Shown: in pieces, positions 1 through 14,549 of the stretch
Numbering within the stretch: the stretch's first letter is position 1
How the letters are laid out: each line of letters starts with the position of its first letter
Assembly (NCBI GenBank): GCA_043228905.1
Contig: JBHGNT010000007.1
Location: 1,488,001-1,552,000, forward strand
From: Azolla caroliniana
Lineage: Eukaryota; Plantae; Polypodiophyta
Direction: 5' to 3'
DNA: 64,000 nt
Position numbers and translations under genes: made by a program
Notes under the pieces: generated by a model
Databases searched by the model: none
Told to the model about the DNA's origin: nothing
What the model saw: only the letters and a program-made list of their open reading frames with translations

Positions 1-3000
1 GTGTGTGTACACTTGTAATTGCTTCCTTCACAGGTATGCCCAGTTTCACGGCTAACACGATCTGGAAAAGAAATGTCATTAAAATTAGGAAAAAAAACAC
101 CAAATTATACCTAGCTTGTTGGGTTTTCGTGGAATACTCATCAGATCTCAAAAAATACTGGAATAACCCCTGTATGGTGTTCAAAATTTACTACGTCTGA
201 TCATTCAGGTAAAATTTCAAACTCTGCAATATTCTCACAAATACCCAGCAAGTTGGATGCAAAACTGCAAACTAAGTGCATTGTTTTTTATTGAAATTTC
301 ATAATGATCAAAAGACATACATTGAAAAGATATAAAATCAAAACAAAAACAAAAACACATACAGCAGCCAATCTACATTCAACCACTCTATTATTGTAAT
401 TTGTGGCAGCAGTGACGGCTTTCTTGGATTCAGCTAAAGAGTGAGCAATCACAAAGGTGCCCCCATTTGGCAGTAAAATATCTGTTGCTCGAATGGGATT
501 GAAATCAATCAAATTTGCAAACCCAGATTTCGCCATGACAGATATTGCCTGTAAATATTCATTTCGTCAATGTTCCCATAATTGTATGGCAAATCTGGTA
601 TTGAACACAAATTTGTACAGAACTGTAAACCTACTTTTTTCCATTACCTGGTCCATTCCACCTGACTGAGTGCCTATGTGGTGTTCACACGTACAAGTGA
701 ACTCAGCAACTTCTTTCTGCAAAAATGCAATAGAAACATTACTAGGTAGCAGAGACAAGCACCAAAATACCAAAATTACACAGAACACCACAAAATTTGT
801 TGTTTTTAAAGATAAAGAAAAACCATCCCACTGCATTAATTTTTTATTCTTGGGGCATATTTGGGTAATTGAGAAAACATGAGTGTATTCTGGTAAACAC
901 CAAACCGTTCAGGGGTATTTAAGTTGTTTTATCTCTAAGTTTTAAGGAAGATTCTTTGCAAACCTGTGGGAAGTTCAGGCCCAAGACTGCCATTATTGCA
1001 ATAGAAGACGAGCACACCAGAGCTGCTGAGCTAGATAATCCAGACCCTGCAAATATATATACTTTGACCTTCATTTCAAAAAGTTCCGACACTATATCCT
1101 GCTATAATGACTGCACAATGGTAAGGATAATGGTAATTGGCAAAGGTAATGTAATGTGACCTAAATAAAAGAGTCATATGCGTCAGCAGGTCACAATTAA
1201 ACTTAACATCCTGAAGAGATTCTCCATGTGCTGCATTTTCTTTGGATTTTTCTTATTTGAGTTGTTTGAGAAACATTAGCAATGCTCAAACGTGCATGTG
1301 AATGTCACAAACCAATGGGTTTAAACTTATTTTATTTACAGTATAACATCTGTCAGAGACCAATTTGACATACAGAATAACTCTAGATAGACAGAGAAAA
1401 TATATCATTAAATAGACAGTTATGGGACATGACAATCCCATGGCAATGATCAACCTTGGGTTCTCTCAATACCTGTGGGAACAGTGCCATCAATCAACAC
1501 TTCAAGTCCTGTTGGAGGTTCAAATTTTATGCCTTTACTGTCCAGGTATTCATACAGTCCTTTGTACCTGTAGGAAAATTAAGTTCCTTCTCTAGCTACC
1601 AGAATGAACAACTTACACTATTAACAGGTGTCAGTACATTGCATTAATTTTTAAGCCAAACTTACCCGCAAAGAAAATAATGTGCCCACACAAGGTTTTT
1701 AAGATCAATTTCCTGCAACAGAAATTACCACGTCAATGAGGAGATCACAATTGTTTGAATATCTATTTAATTGATACCACAGAAATTAATTAATCCCTTA
1801 CGAGAATTATTAAGAAAATCTCAAATTGGAAACTGAAAAATGCACATGCCTTTCCAATAACTGCTCATATAGTGAGAAAGACGCCACAGGACTTGGGCTC
1901 AAAAAAGAATGGTCATGACATTAATATGTTTTTTTTAATCACATTGGATAACTTCTTGCCATCTTGTAGAGAATGACTTTTAATATAATGATGATTAATA
2001 ACCTGATGTGGGTCCACCGAGAAGGATACAGCTTCATATTGTTCAGGTCGAACATTAGCTACACGTATTTGCCTGGGTCCATTTGATGATTCAGATTTTC
2101 GGATCGCTACAATTGTATCTTGCCTGATAGCCATGGGCAAAACTGAATATCCTTCATAATCGATATGCTCTCCTATAAGATTCACTCGACCTGACCATCC
2201 ATTGGACTCCAATTGGATGAGTATTATGGCTATCAGAAAATCTTCATTCCGACGAAAACCACCATCCATATTGTAAAAAACTACTATTTGGATCATATCT
2301 ATTTATAACATAATGAATTGCTTTCCAATGCAGCAATTTGGTAATAAACTTGAATGCATCTGGATTTTTGAAATATCAGGTTTTTATTGATCTGCATTAA
2401 TTCCCAGCATTAATTTCAATGCATCATTAACTAATGAAATTGGATTCATCCGGTTCTTTAAAAAGACAGTTTTTTATTGATATTTTATATATATATATAT
2501 ATGTCCATGTAAATTTCAAGGCATCAATTTGCTATTGAAATTGGATTCATCAGATAATCCGAAATTTAATCTTTTAATATATACATATGTTAATTTGTCC
2601 TTGTTAAGCTTCTAAGCATATTTTGGAAGCTTGGACAGCATGTCAAAATTCATTTTAGCAGAAATGCTTGTCTTCTGAATCCTTGAGGGCACGGCAAATT
2701 GTACATATGAGCTTCTGGTAAATGCTTGAAAAGTATGCAAACTGTTGAGTACATGATTTGAGCATGAACCTCAGGGGAATTTGTATGCATGAGAACATTT
2801 CTGGAGATAGGTATACTAGTCATCCAAGATGCATTTCTCGGAAATTTACATGCAAGCTACTTCTTGAGAAATTTTCGACAGATGAGAGAGAGAGAGAGAG
2901 AGATTGTTGTGGCGGTATTTGCATGCTTGCAACAATCTGTATCTGTATGTGCTTCGTATGTATTTTCGGCGTTCCTTTGAGACAGAGACACAGAGGGAGA

Positions 3001-3181
3001 GAGGGAGAGATTGCATTTAACCTGGAGATCGAGCGTAAACAGAAGGTGCATGACCATAGATGGCGATGAATCTCTCCTTGAGCTTCTTATATCTATACGC
3101 CGTTGCGTCGTTGTAGTCTCCATCGCCACCATAGACAGGCTCCAAGGAGTCGTATTCAGGAATAGGGAGGTCCTGGGCCAT
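1..3181 (-). CDS. GALK: Galactokinase (GHMP kinase), first 8 exons; gene continues beyond left edge
   Basis: Hand-spliced GT-AG exons: 3181-3022, 2190-2003, 1712-1666, 1567-1473, 1046-964, 716-648, 548-363, 61-1. They give [18 protein letters not shown]...[26 protein letters not shown] (galactokinase signature), [12 protein letters not shown] (GHMP ATP loop) and [12 protein letters not shown]. Confidence 0.96.
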
Positions 3182-3252
3182 GGCTAATCCTTCCCCTGTA
3201 TCACTCTGTGTCTTTCAATGAGAACAGAGTCTTTTTCGTATGTATTTTTTTG

Positions 3253-3253
<1 letters not shown>

Positions 3254-3286
<33 letters not shown>

Positions 3287-3660
3287 AAGAAGAAGAAGAA
3301 CACAAGGGAAGCTTTTCTGTTCTCTTCCCAAAATTAGGTGTAAATTTGTGGGCCTGTCCTTTTTCCTTCCTTCCTCTTCTTTTGTGTGTGTGCAAAAGAG
3401 AAGAAGAAGAAGAAGAAGAAGAAAGAAGAAGATGAAGAAGAAGAAGGGGAAGACATTGCGTGCATGGCATCTCCTCTCATCCATCACATCCTTGGCCCCC
3501 ACCACCACCACCACCACTACTACTACTACTAGTTTCTAGTTATCTCTGAGTTCTGCATATACTTTATCCTCACCTCACACCTCACACCTCACTCCATATC
3601 TATATCTATATCTATAAGACTATATCTATATCCGGTCACTCACTCCACTCACTCACTCTC
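3254..3660. repeat. Compound microsatellite cluster (CA)n(TA)n, (GAA)n, (CAC)n(TAC)n, (CTATAT)n in the galactokinase 5' region
   Basis: Simple repeats are directly visible and explain the poly-E/R/S/T ORFs in the track. Confidence 0.9.
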
Positions 3661-4849
3661 GGAAAAAGAAGTAGATCGAACAAGCTGCGCCGCCCCTCCT
3701 CTGCTCCCACTCTTTTAACGGCCCCCAACAATCGTTTCACGTAGGTATCTTATTTGTTTGTATACAAACAGCCCCATTTTTTTTAATCTTAATGTGATCA
3801 TTGGAGGAAGGCCGACATTAGTGTCGTCGTTGTAAGGCCCATAACATAAAATGTAGGTAGGCATAAATAATATCGTTGTGCGTCTCCTGTTTAGAGTATA
3901 TTCTCACTCTGCTGTACAATGATTATCTCCAAGGGTATTACACTGTTGAAGATAGGATCGCACACTCCAACTTTGAGCTAGATGATTTTGATCAATGTAT
4001 GCATATCCAATAGGTAAAGGAAGACCATCAATCTGTCACTTATTGGTAGTGGTATCATTCAACCTATAGTAACGATTTTTTGCTGTGTTTTATTTGATTT
4101 GACACTAACTTGACAAACCTTGAACAGGGCATCTGGACATTGAATAAACACTAGAATTGGGAGCTCCACTATCCATCTTACTTCCATTTGATTTTTAGTA
4201 AAAATACATCATATCCAACACCAAAGCATCTCGCGTATGTCAACACCATGCAATCTACAATGTACACCGTCGTCACTACCAAAGGACTAATCAATTTGGA
4301 GGTTTAAATCTTAAAGCTTTCATTCAGTGGCAACATACATACAACTTTTTATACCAATAATGATTTTTATCTGTGTATTGAACAATTTGAGCATTTGTCT
4401 ATTTATGATCCATTAATGAATGCAGTTACACTCATCCATCATCAATAGTTGACACTTATCTTATCCATTCGTACCGACCAATAATAATATTTATGATTAT
4501 TGTTAAACCAGAAGTATATGAGGTTTACGGTTCACAAATCGAGAAGTTCAGCTCAGGGTTAGCATGCAAAAACCACCAATCATTACCATAATCAGGAATA
4601 AAAGTGCACATCAGTGGCCAAACCAGCCATCTGAAAGATCATGAATTAAGCTACTTATGACACATTTAACTGCTTAGCCCATCAAAACTTTAACGGATTC
4701 AACCACACTGTACTCTGACACAAGGTTTTAACGAGAATTTCTGAAACATTCTGTTTCATTTCCGATAGTCTGAAGGGATTACAAACTCGACAAAAAATAA
4801 TTCTATCAAAAAAACATCCCGGATAACATAGCAACAAAAGATCAGCAGA

Positions 4850-6548
<1,699 letters not shown>

Positions 6549-6640
6549 TGTTCCTGAATCGGTGTCGACCCCGCCACAGACCAGAAGAAAGCGAAGGAGA
6601 AGGCGCAGAAATCAGACGGAGGAGTGGTTTTGTTCGGAAG

Positions 6641-6649
6641 CTAGGGTTT
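6641..6649 (-). promoter_or_regulatory. Telo-box-like element (AAACCCTAG) upstream of the ribosomal protein ATG
   Basis: The + strand reads ctagggttt about 95 bp upstream of the ATG. Telo-boxes are typical of plant ribosomal protein gene 5' regions. Confidence 0.55.
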
Positions 6650-6804
6650 CTGGAAATGGTTTCACACCTGCCGTCCGCCCAAAACCACCCTTCGGTTTCG
6701 TGTCAAGCTTCCGGAGGTTTTCTTCAACAAAACACACACGTTCTCGTCGACACCCCCCCAAAACCAACATTACAAATGGCCAATCCCTCCCCTATAGGCT
6801 CTCC

Positions 6805-7185
6805 TAACAATCGGCCGAACCGAACCGCGAACCGTGCCTTAACGGTTTAAACGGTTCGTTTCGGTTTAGGTTCAGGTTTTTAAACGGTTCGGTTAGGTTT
6901 CAACCATTAGAAGCCGCGGTTTTAACGGTTTAACGGTTTTCTTTTTTTATTGTTTTTAAACAATCTTTTCATTTTTAGACCTTATTTTCACATTTTAGGA
7001 ACATCTTTAAAATTTTAAAATTTTAAAATAATGAAATATGTTAATTTAACATTTTAAAATTTTGACCTAAGTTGAAAACCAAAACCGTAGGTTTAAACGG
7101 TTTCGTGGTTCGGTTCGATTCAAGTTTCAAAAAATTTTAACGGTTCGGTTTTGACCCTCTCAAACCGAACCATTGCTGATTGTTG
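6805..7185. mobile_element. Non-autonomous DNA transposon / MITE (hAT-like) with AACCG/CGGTT subterminal repeats
   Basis: Short TIR-like ends aacaatcggc ... gctgattgtt, dense AACCG/CGGTT motifs at both ends and an AT-rich core. Flanks ggctctcc / ggcctccc are at best an imperfect 8-bp TSD. Confidence 0.6.
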
Positions 7186-9461
7186 GGCCTCCCCCCCCCC
7201 AAGCTTTTACTTGGTTCACACCTATTGTTCACAATCACGCAAACATGTTGATCTTTGGTCGGTCGTACATCACTAGAGTCGGCGAACAACCTTCTCCACC
7301 GTCCAAAACCGGTGAGAAGATTGCATTCTGAACTTGTTCTCGAAGTTGCAACCTACTTCACACCTTCCACCTGGACAAAAACAATCAATCAAAAACTCTG
7401 TTGACACGACATAAGATCATTAGATGAAGAAATTGTGGGGTGGACAACGTTTTCTCTGTTCGAAGCTCATGAAGTTGTGCACTGCATGCAATTTCTTATC
7501 TTAAGGCATGGTGCACCCTATGGTCATAGCAAGGAGAATGAGAATGGGAGTGGATTTAGCAGAAGATTAATCAAGGGATTCATAGACATATAACATATGA
7601 GATCGCACAATGTTAGAAGAAAATGCATGGCCTACCGTTTGAGCTAGTCACTTGTACATATAAATACAAGTTGCCCCATTGGGTGAAGTCCAATGACCAC
7701 TTATCCACAAAGTAAACACTTTCATGCAAAATCAAGTTTTTGAATCTTAGTTTAAATAATTAGTGTAGTGTGTTGTTTTGCATATGAAGAAAGAAGTGGC
7801 ATACCCTATTTTGGTAATCATAGGTATTGCTTGCCATGCAAAAATTAAATTGCATTAATCCCTCTCTTCAATTGGTTTATCTCTCATGGTAATTTACTAT
7901 CAATCCCTCTCCTCAATTGCTCTATACCATATGTTGATTAAGACTTCGTCCATAAATTCACAATTAAGATAATGTATCACAGTTTGTTGCATGTGTGATG
8001 TCTTGTTTTCTTTTTGTTCATAATATGACAACTAAACCAAATTTGCTTTTGTTGAAGGGTATTAATAAATTTACACCTACAAAATGTAAAACCCGGAACC
8101 AAATAAGATCACTCCATATAGTCGTGAACCATTGACCAAGGAAATTAGAAACTGAGGTATAGCACATATCATTCACCTACTAAAAGTTATTTTTTTCTAA
8201 AACAAGACTCACATCTCCAATAGTTATGCTACATCATGCAAAACATAGTATGCACAACCTAATCATAGTTAAACATGATGCCGTAAGTACAAATGAATTT
8301 ATAAGTTGGTGTGCTAAAAATGTTATAAGATGAAGGTATCGAGACTCGAGGGTGATTGAGAAAGAGGAGAGAAAAACGTCTACTATAGGATGAAGTCAAC
8401 CTATGAGATTATTTAGAAGCAAAACTATTGTCATCTAGTTAGGTTACATCCCATATGATATATGAGGATGATATATATGGCACCATATGCCTAGAGAGAG
8501 AAACAAAAGATAATGCATAAATATATTAGTTGAAAATAAAGTGGCGGCTCACCAAACTTTACAATGGGAACAATAAGATCATGGTGTAATTGTTATAATG
8601 TGAGTATTGCATAGTATCATAATGAAGTTGAAGCAAGGCTTGTATAAGTAGTTGATTGTGTATGCTTAAATAAACCAATAGAACCTAAACAATAATAAAA
8701 CTATAACTGTTAAAGCATAATATCAAAACTGACCTATAAAATACTTTGGACACTAAAAATGTTCTTATAGTATGAGATAACTATGGTGTTTTGCATCCTT
8801 ATGTTTGTGGGTTCTAATCTTCCATAGTCATTCTAGTAGTGAAATTCCACATTTGAGGCATGACAAAATTCTTATTATGAACACCTTGTAAAATATCCAG
8901 AACATGTTAAGAAAATATGAAAGAATCATTTGGCCATAAGAAGTCACACTTAATAAAAAACTACAAAACAAAATCTCTCAACCAAATATGGCTCATGAAA
9001 GTGCACTACACACACTATGCATTCAATCAAAGTAACATATGCTTAATGCTTCTGACTTTACCAAAGTCATGATTGTTTTATCTGCCTCTATCATGTACAA
9101 AATAGATAATAGAAAGCCATTTGAGCTCGAACACATTCTTCAAAGTAACACAGGAGATATATTTTTCTTGAGAGAAAAAGGTAATTTCCATTTATTTACA
9201 ATCGCTTCAAGTACAATTAAATATATTCCACGTATTTGTTATGTCTGTATGTACAGAAGAGTTAATTAAAGAACAACAATAGCGCTGTTCACCATGAATA
9301 AATTTACAAGCGCAATAAGCGTCAATGCCTGTACAAGTATATGAAAGGAATTCTTTGAATTCCAATACATATCACACACATAAAAAATCAACCTGAAGTC
9401 AAAATGATCAAATCAGGATAGTAAGACTGTACAAGTTAACTTAGATTTTTTCCAGAAAGAC

Positions 9462-12400
9462 CTAACATTTTGATGATGCAACTTCAGTGAATACTGCCTG
9501 AGCTTCTGCATGTATTGTGTAGTCTCTGTCTGAAGAAGTTGTGAAGAGGCTTGCAACCAATTCGAAGCTAGTGTTTCCTGAGTTTCCTTTCTCGTTCTGA
9601 TTGCATGAAATAGATGAGAAGTATTCATCCCACTCTTCTCTAGTTGGAAGAATAACAAAGTCCAGCATTGGATCGTAGAATGGGTCTGGGTCTCCCGCAT
9701 TCAGCCATTGCTTTAAAATTCGAAAAAGCCGAGGTTCACAAAGCATACCACGATGATCTCCAGGTATCCCCACCCTTGCAATAGCTTCTAGATTATCAGC
9801 CTAAAATGAAAAGCACACATACTCCTGATTGTCAATAAGTCAGTCAGCAATACAATAGCTTCTAAATCATCAGCCTCCTGCACAGGAGTAGTAAATTTAC
9901 CACAACTGTATTCTGGTCATTTCTAGCATGTTGAAAGTATTTTGGTATTTTTCCATAAATAAAATGATATGCTTCAGAATCTGTTAACAGCATTTATCCA
10001 CAAACATTACCATTGCAGATTCTTGTGGAACAGTTCCATCGCCATCTACACAGAAGAAGTCTGCCTGAAATGACAAGAAATTTTAATGCAGTTTGTAGTG
10101 AGTGTAAGATCATTGTAATGTACAGGAGGTTCACCTCCGGACCATAGAACTTTATTTTATTTAAATAAGGCAACTATCAAAGAATTCAGGTGTATTTTGA
10201 TTATTTTCCCTTTGTTTAAAATTATCTCCAAACAACAGGATTCATATTGCCCACACAAAAGGTACAGAGAGATTTACCACAAACCACAACAGACCTTTAT
10301 TTCTCTAAAAACAGGAATTATTTTATCTCTTCAAAATACCGACAGACTTGCCGTGTGGCCTAGTTCTGCAATACCATAGAATTTTAGAGCATGCCCTACC
10401 TATGCCAAAAATAGAGTGGCCTTAGATTTTCTATAGTGCGCTCTGCTACAGAGGCTTTCACAAAGGTCACCCTGACCCTGTTCACCTACCACAAATACCC
10501 ACGTTTCCACTAACATATAGAGATTTACAAATGATCAGACAATATGCACGCATAGTACCTCTATGTGAAGGATATCTGGAAGACTCTTAACAGGCGCCGT
10601 CTTGCTTCCATAACTGTAAAATATCATGAGTTTGGGTTAATAGTTTTATTTGCTTCTCTTCTTATTTTTCAAGGCAGGAGTACTCTGTAAAGATCATCTC
10701 ATTACACACATAGGCTTGAGGAAATTAACAATGAGACTCCTTTTCAATAGTCTTAAACAAGGGAAAAACATTAACCAACTTGAATGTGAATACATACCAT
10801 ACATCCAGAGGCGTATCATTACTTGTACCAAATATGTTGTAGAATTTTACTCCCGAAGGAAGCTTTGCAGATTCCAAGATTCTTCGTGTTTCATTTGACC
10901 AATTGAAGATATCATGATTGAATGGCAGAGGGATTTTCTCTCGGCCATAAGTTATCTGTGTCATGAAATGGTAACGTCAAGATGTTTAAGTAAATATATT
11001 ATGTATACCTAGAGAAAAAACAAAGATATCATCCCTAACTTGTTGGGTATTTACAAGAATATCAGGTTTCTAAACGTTACAAGGATAGCCCCTTGTAGTT
11101 GTAAAATTCATATCACAGGGGTATTTTGATAGAAAATTTAACCTTAAGAGGTATTCTGTTAAATACCCAACAAGTATGGGGATTTTTGTGTTTTTTCCCA
11201 AAAAACTTAAATACTGTTGCAACCCACACATAACTGTGTTTTTGTTCAAAGCCTCAGTCAATATAGGAAGCAAATCTTTTGGTCCATATGACTCCAGTTT
11301 AACACTGTGCTGACCCATAGAATCAATGTAATCACGCCAAATGTTCAAATGTGGAACTCTTGGCCAATTGAACTCAGGATTTGCCATAAGCTCGTAAACA
11401 GACGGACACTCGATCAACTGATGAGAGAACACCATCATCAAATATATTAACAAGGTGGGAAACAAAAGGAAATTCTGGACAAAACACCAAAATACCCTTA
11501 ATAATTCAAATATCAACAGAATACCCCCAAGTTTTCAAATTTTACCAGAGACCCGAAACATTTTGGTACTGCATGGGATTAATGGCATTTTGTTTTAAAC
11601 TTAAGGGTATTTAGTAGATACCAAACAAATTAGGGGTATTCCAAGAATTATGCCATCAGTATACCAGCTGATGCATGCTCCATTTTGCAATGAAGAGTTC
11701 ACGTTGCCATCCTTTTACAAATTCACAACCAGTTAGAAGAACATCCATTATAAATCCAGGTGCACCTACACAGGGTAAGACAGAACCAGTTTAGACTTGT
11801 GAAGTGATGTTTCAACCGTAAAGAAATCATAACCTTAGTCGACTAATTAGTAATAATATTATTAATGATAATTATAGCATCTTCATCATCAGAAATTCTA
11901 ATTTCTGCTTCTAGATTGCAGTAGTACTGATTGAAACCAAGATATTCCATCATCTTACATGTTATTGGTAAATCTGATGTAATAATTATGAAAGAAATAA
12001 AGCAAATGATACGAAAACTGGTCCTGATATGTAAGGCGCTCAAAAGGGGTTACAATAGATCAGGCAATAGCAATGGAACACAGCCTCGTCACCCTTGTCA
12101 CCGACAAATAAAGGCCATTGTAATCTGACACCAAAGGTGCTTCCCTTGTTTTGGATATCTTTCCATCTTGGAGAGGCCCATGTTGAAGATTTTTCGAAGA
12201 TAAGTTTAGAATCGTAAGATCTTGGATATATAGATTTTTTAGTTCCATATGTTTAGTTGTATTTATTTTGGTTTGTTGTTCAAAGACAAGAAAAAATTGT
12301 GATATGTAACCTCTTGAAAGACATCAATATAGCGCAACAAAAGAAAATCAAATCCGAGTCATTGGAAACCCTTTACAATGATAAATTATCTCAAGCAGAG

Positions 12401-14549
12401 TTTAAAAACACATTAGTAATATAGATGACCTTGAGTTTGTTCAAATGTTGTGCATAAGTCATCAAAGGGATATTCTTAGTCTGTAAGAGTAGGGATATTC
12501 TTAGTCTGCAAGAGTGCATTACCTTGGAAGGGTGCTGCAATAGCAATCCATGAGTTCACATACTTCTCAAATACCTGCAAACATCCATAATGTTAAGAGT
12601 ATTTTATTTCAGAAATTACAAGCATGTAACAAAAAATGAGATACATCTTACATCATGATGCAGAGCCAAAAAGGATTTTACTAGCAGTCCACCCATGGAG
12701 TGACTAACAATATTGACCTTTTTACCCCCAGATGCAGTGACAGCACTTTCTAACCTAATCTTAAATTGTTCCATTACTTCTTCAAGCCTGGATTACATGC
12801 AAAACAAGGAGGCTCAGAATATAGAAACACTGATAGATTGTGAAACTTCCTGCAATGAGTATCTACCTGTTGCTCTGTCGAAAATCATAGCCAAACCCAA
12901 ATAATGTGGAACCTTCCTCATAACCCCATTCCAAGAGCTTTCCAATCAATTCATGAAAATAGCAGACTACATTTAATGGGACCACCTGCATCAAGAGGGC
13001 ACTTTAAACAAGTCATTCATGTGTTGTTTAAAAACCACAAGCTGACATTGTTTTTGCTGACCAAACCTATGCAATTGAGCTATTAATTCTACCTTATTAC
13101 ATAGGAATGGAGAAAAGCTTCATTAGCATTTGCTAGCATTAAAATTTGTAGCTCTGATGATTATAAAGCCTCATCTTTCAGTATACAACTGGCAGTTCCA
13201 GAAGGAGAAATCACATAATAAAATAACTTCCAAAATGGAAACGGGATGGTAATTAAAATTACTTGAGTTTTCATGCCATTACTCCACAACTCTCCATACA
13301 GAATGACCATACTGGTGACCACATTAATACAGAAACTTGGAAAATTATCAATTATAGAAGACCCAAAGTTCTTCTCAAAAAGTAAACATTAAATATTCAA
13401 AACAGAAGTTCTTACAGAATAAATTACACAAGTTTCCTCAGAGCAACAAGCTACACCATAGAATAAAAAAACTGCGGAATATTACATATAGTGATTATAA
13501 ACGAAAGCTACATCAGACTCATCTGATGACTCAGTATCTTGTTGATTCTACTTAGGACAGCATCATTTACAATGTCTACACATTTAGGTGCACCAAATGT
13601 ATCACTTAGACCTGACTATGAAAATAGAAAAGAAAAGAACTTTTTCTGAAGTTTCACATGCACACTTTTTGAAACGTTCCATGAAATTTTGAAGTAACAA
13701 GACAATCAATATGATTTCAACAAGTAAAAAATAGAGCATTTATTTTCGAAATACATGCATACAAACATGCATATGCATGTATCCATTTATTTGCTCATTT
13801 AAATGTGTACAAACAAAAACTATCTCCAATCGATATTAGGAAAGCCACTTGTGAAAGAGTTATATTTCCTATATTCACCTGCTAATTTAGCTGAGGTGAA
13901 AGAACGTGCATATATATCAATCATACACACTTAAAGTGAAAGGACAGCCATATACCAGATCAGGGTCTAATACATCACAAGAATATAGTCCATGCCTCTC
14001 ATCTGGAACTTCAATAGTTGTCCGTGGATCAAGGGATTTTGTTTTACCTATAAAAAAAGAATTGTGAACATAAGGTAACAGAACTAATATACAAATTCAT
14101 ACAAATATCACCATTTTATGATCGGTATCTTGGCAAAGTAACAAGGAAGCAAACGTTGCAGCATGACTTTGGGAGCAACGGATAAAGGAAATGGTGAATA
14201 TTCTCATCTCAAAGTCAAATATAGAGATATCATGGTCTTGTTTCAAACTACCTATACGTAATATTACTCCCAAAATTAACAAAGAAAATGTAAAAGGAAT
14301 GACGGATATTGCTCCATAATGAAAAACCCCACCTGTCTCTGGATCAAATAAAGACCATAGTTTTGACTTGAATTCGTGATCCGCAGCAAAAAGTCTCACC
14401 CATATTCGCTCCCTATGTCCTTTCTCGTTCACAGCCAGTAATATGGAGCCTCCAATCCCAGGAACAAGAATAACTGGATCTAAATCTGGGTTCACATACG
14501 GATCTTTCTTTTTCCATGGCCATTGAAATCTACCTCTGAACTCCAACAT
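9462..14549 (-). CDS. LCAT4: Lecithin:cholesterol acyltransferase-like phospholipase A (LCAT3/LCAT4 family, closer to LCAT4)
   Basis: 11 coding exons: 14549-14333, 14047-13956, 12985-12867, 12787-12652, 12574-12523, 11765-11665, 11417-11235, 10955-10798, 10613-10559, 10064-10011, 9800-9462. Motifs PVILVPGIGGSIL and FGFGYDFRQSNR; catalytic triad SHSMG / DGDGTVP / GDHRG. A probable 5'UTR intron spans about 14562-16528. Confidence 0.93.

Noticed and set aside
2857-3132. Track [11 protein letters not shown]... as the galactokinase start
   Set aside because: Wrong frame. The homologous exon 1 begins at the ATG at 3181 ([18 protein letters not shown]).
3201-3539. Several 60-100 aa ORFs with poly-E/R/S/T
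   Set aside because: They are translations of microsatellites in the galactokinase 5' region.
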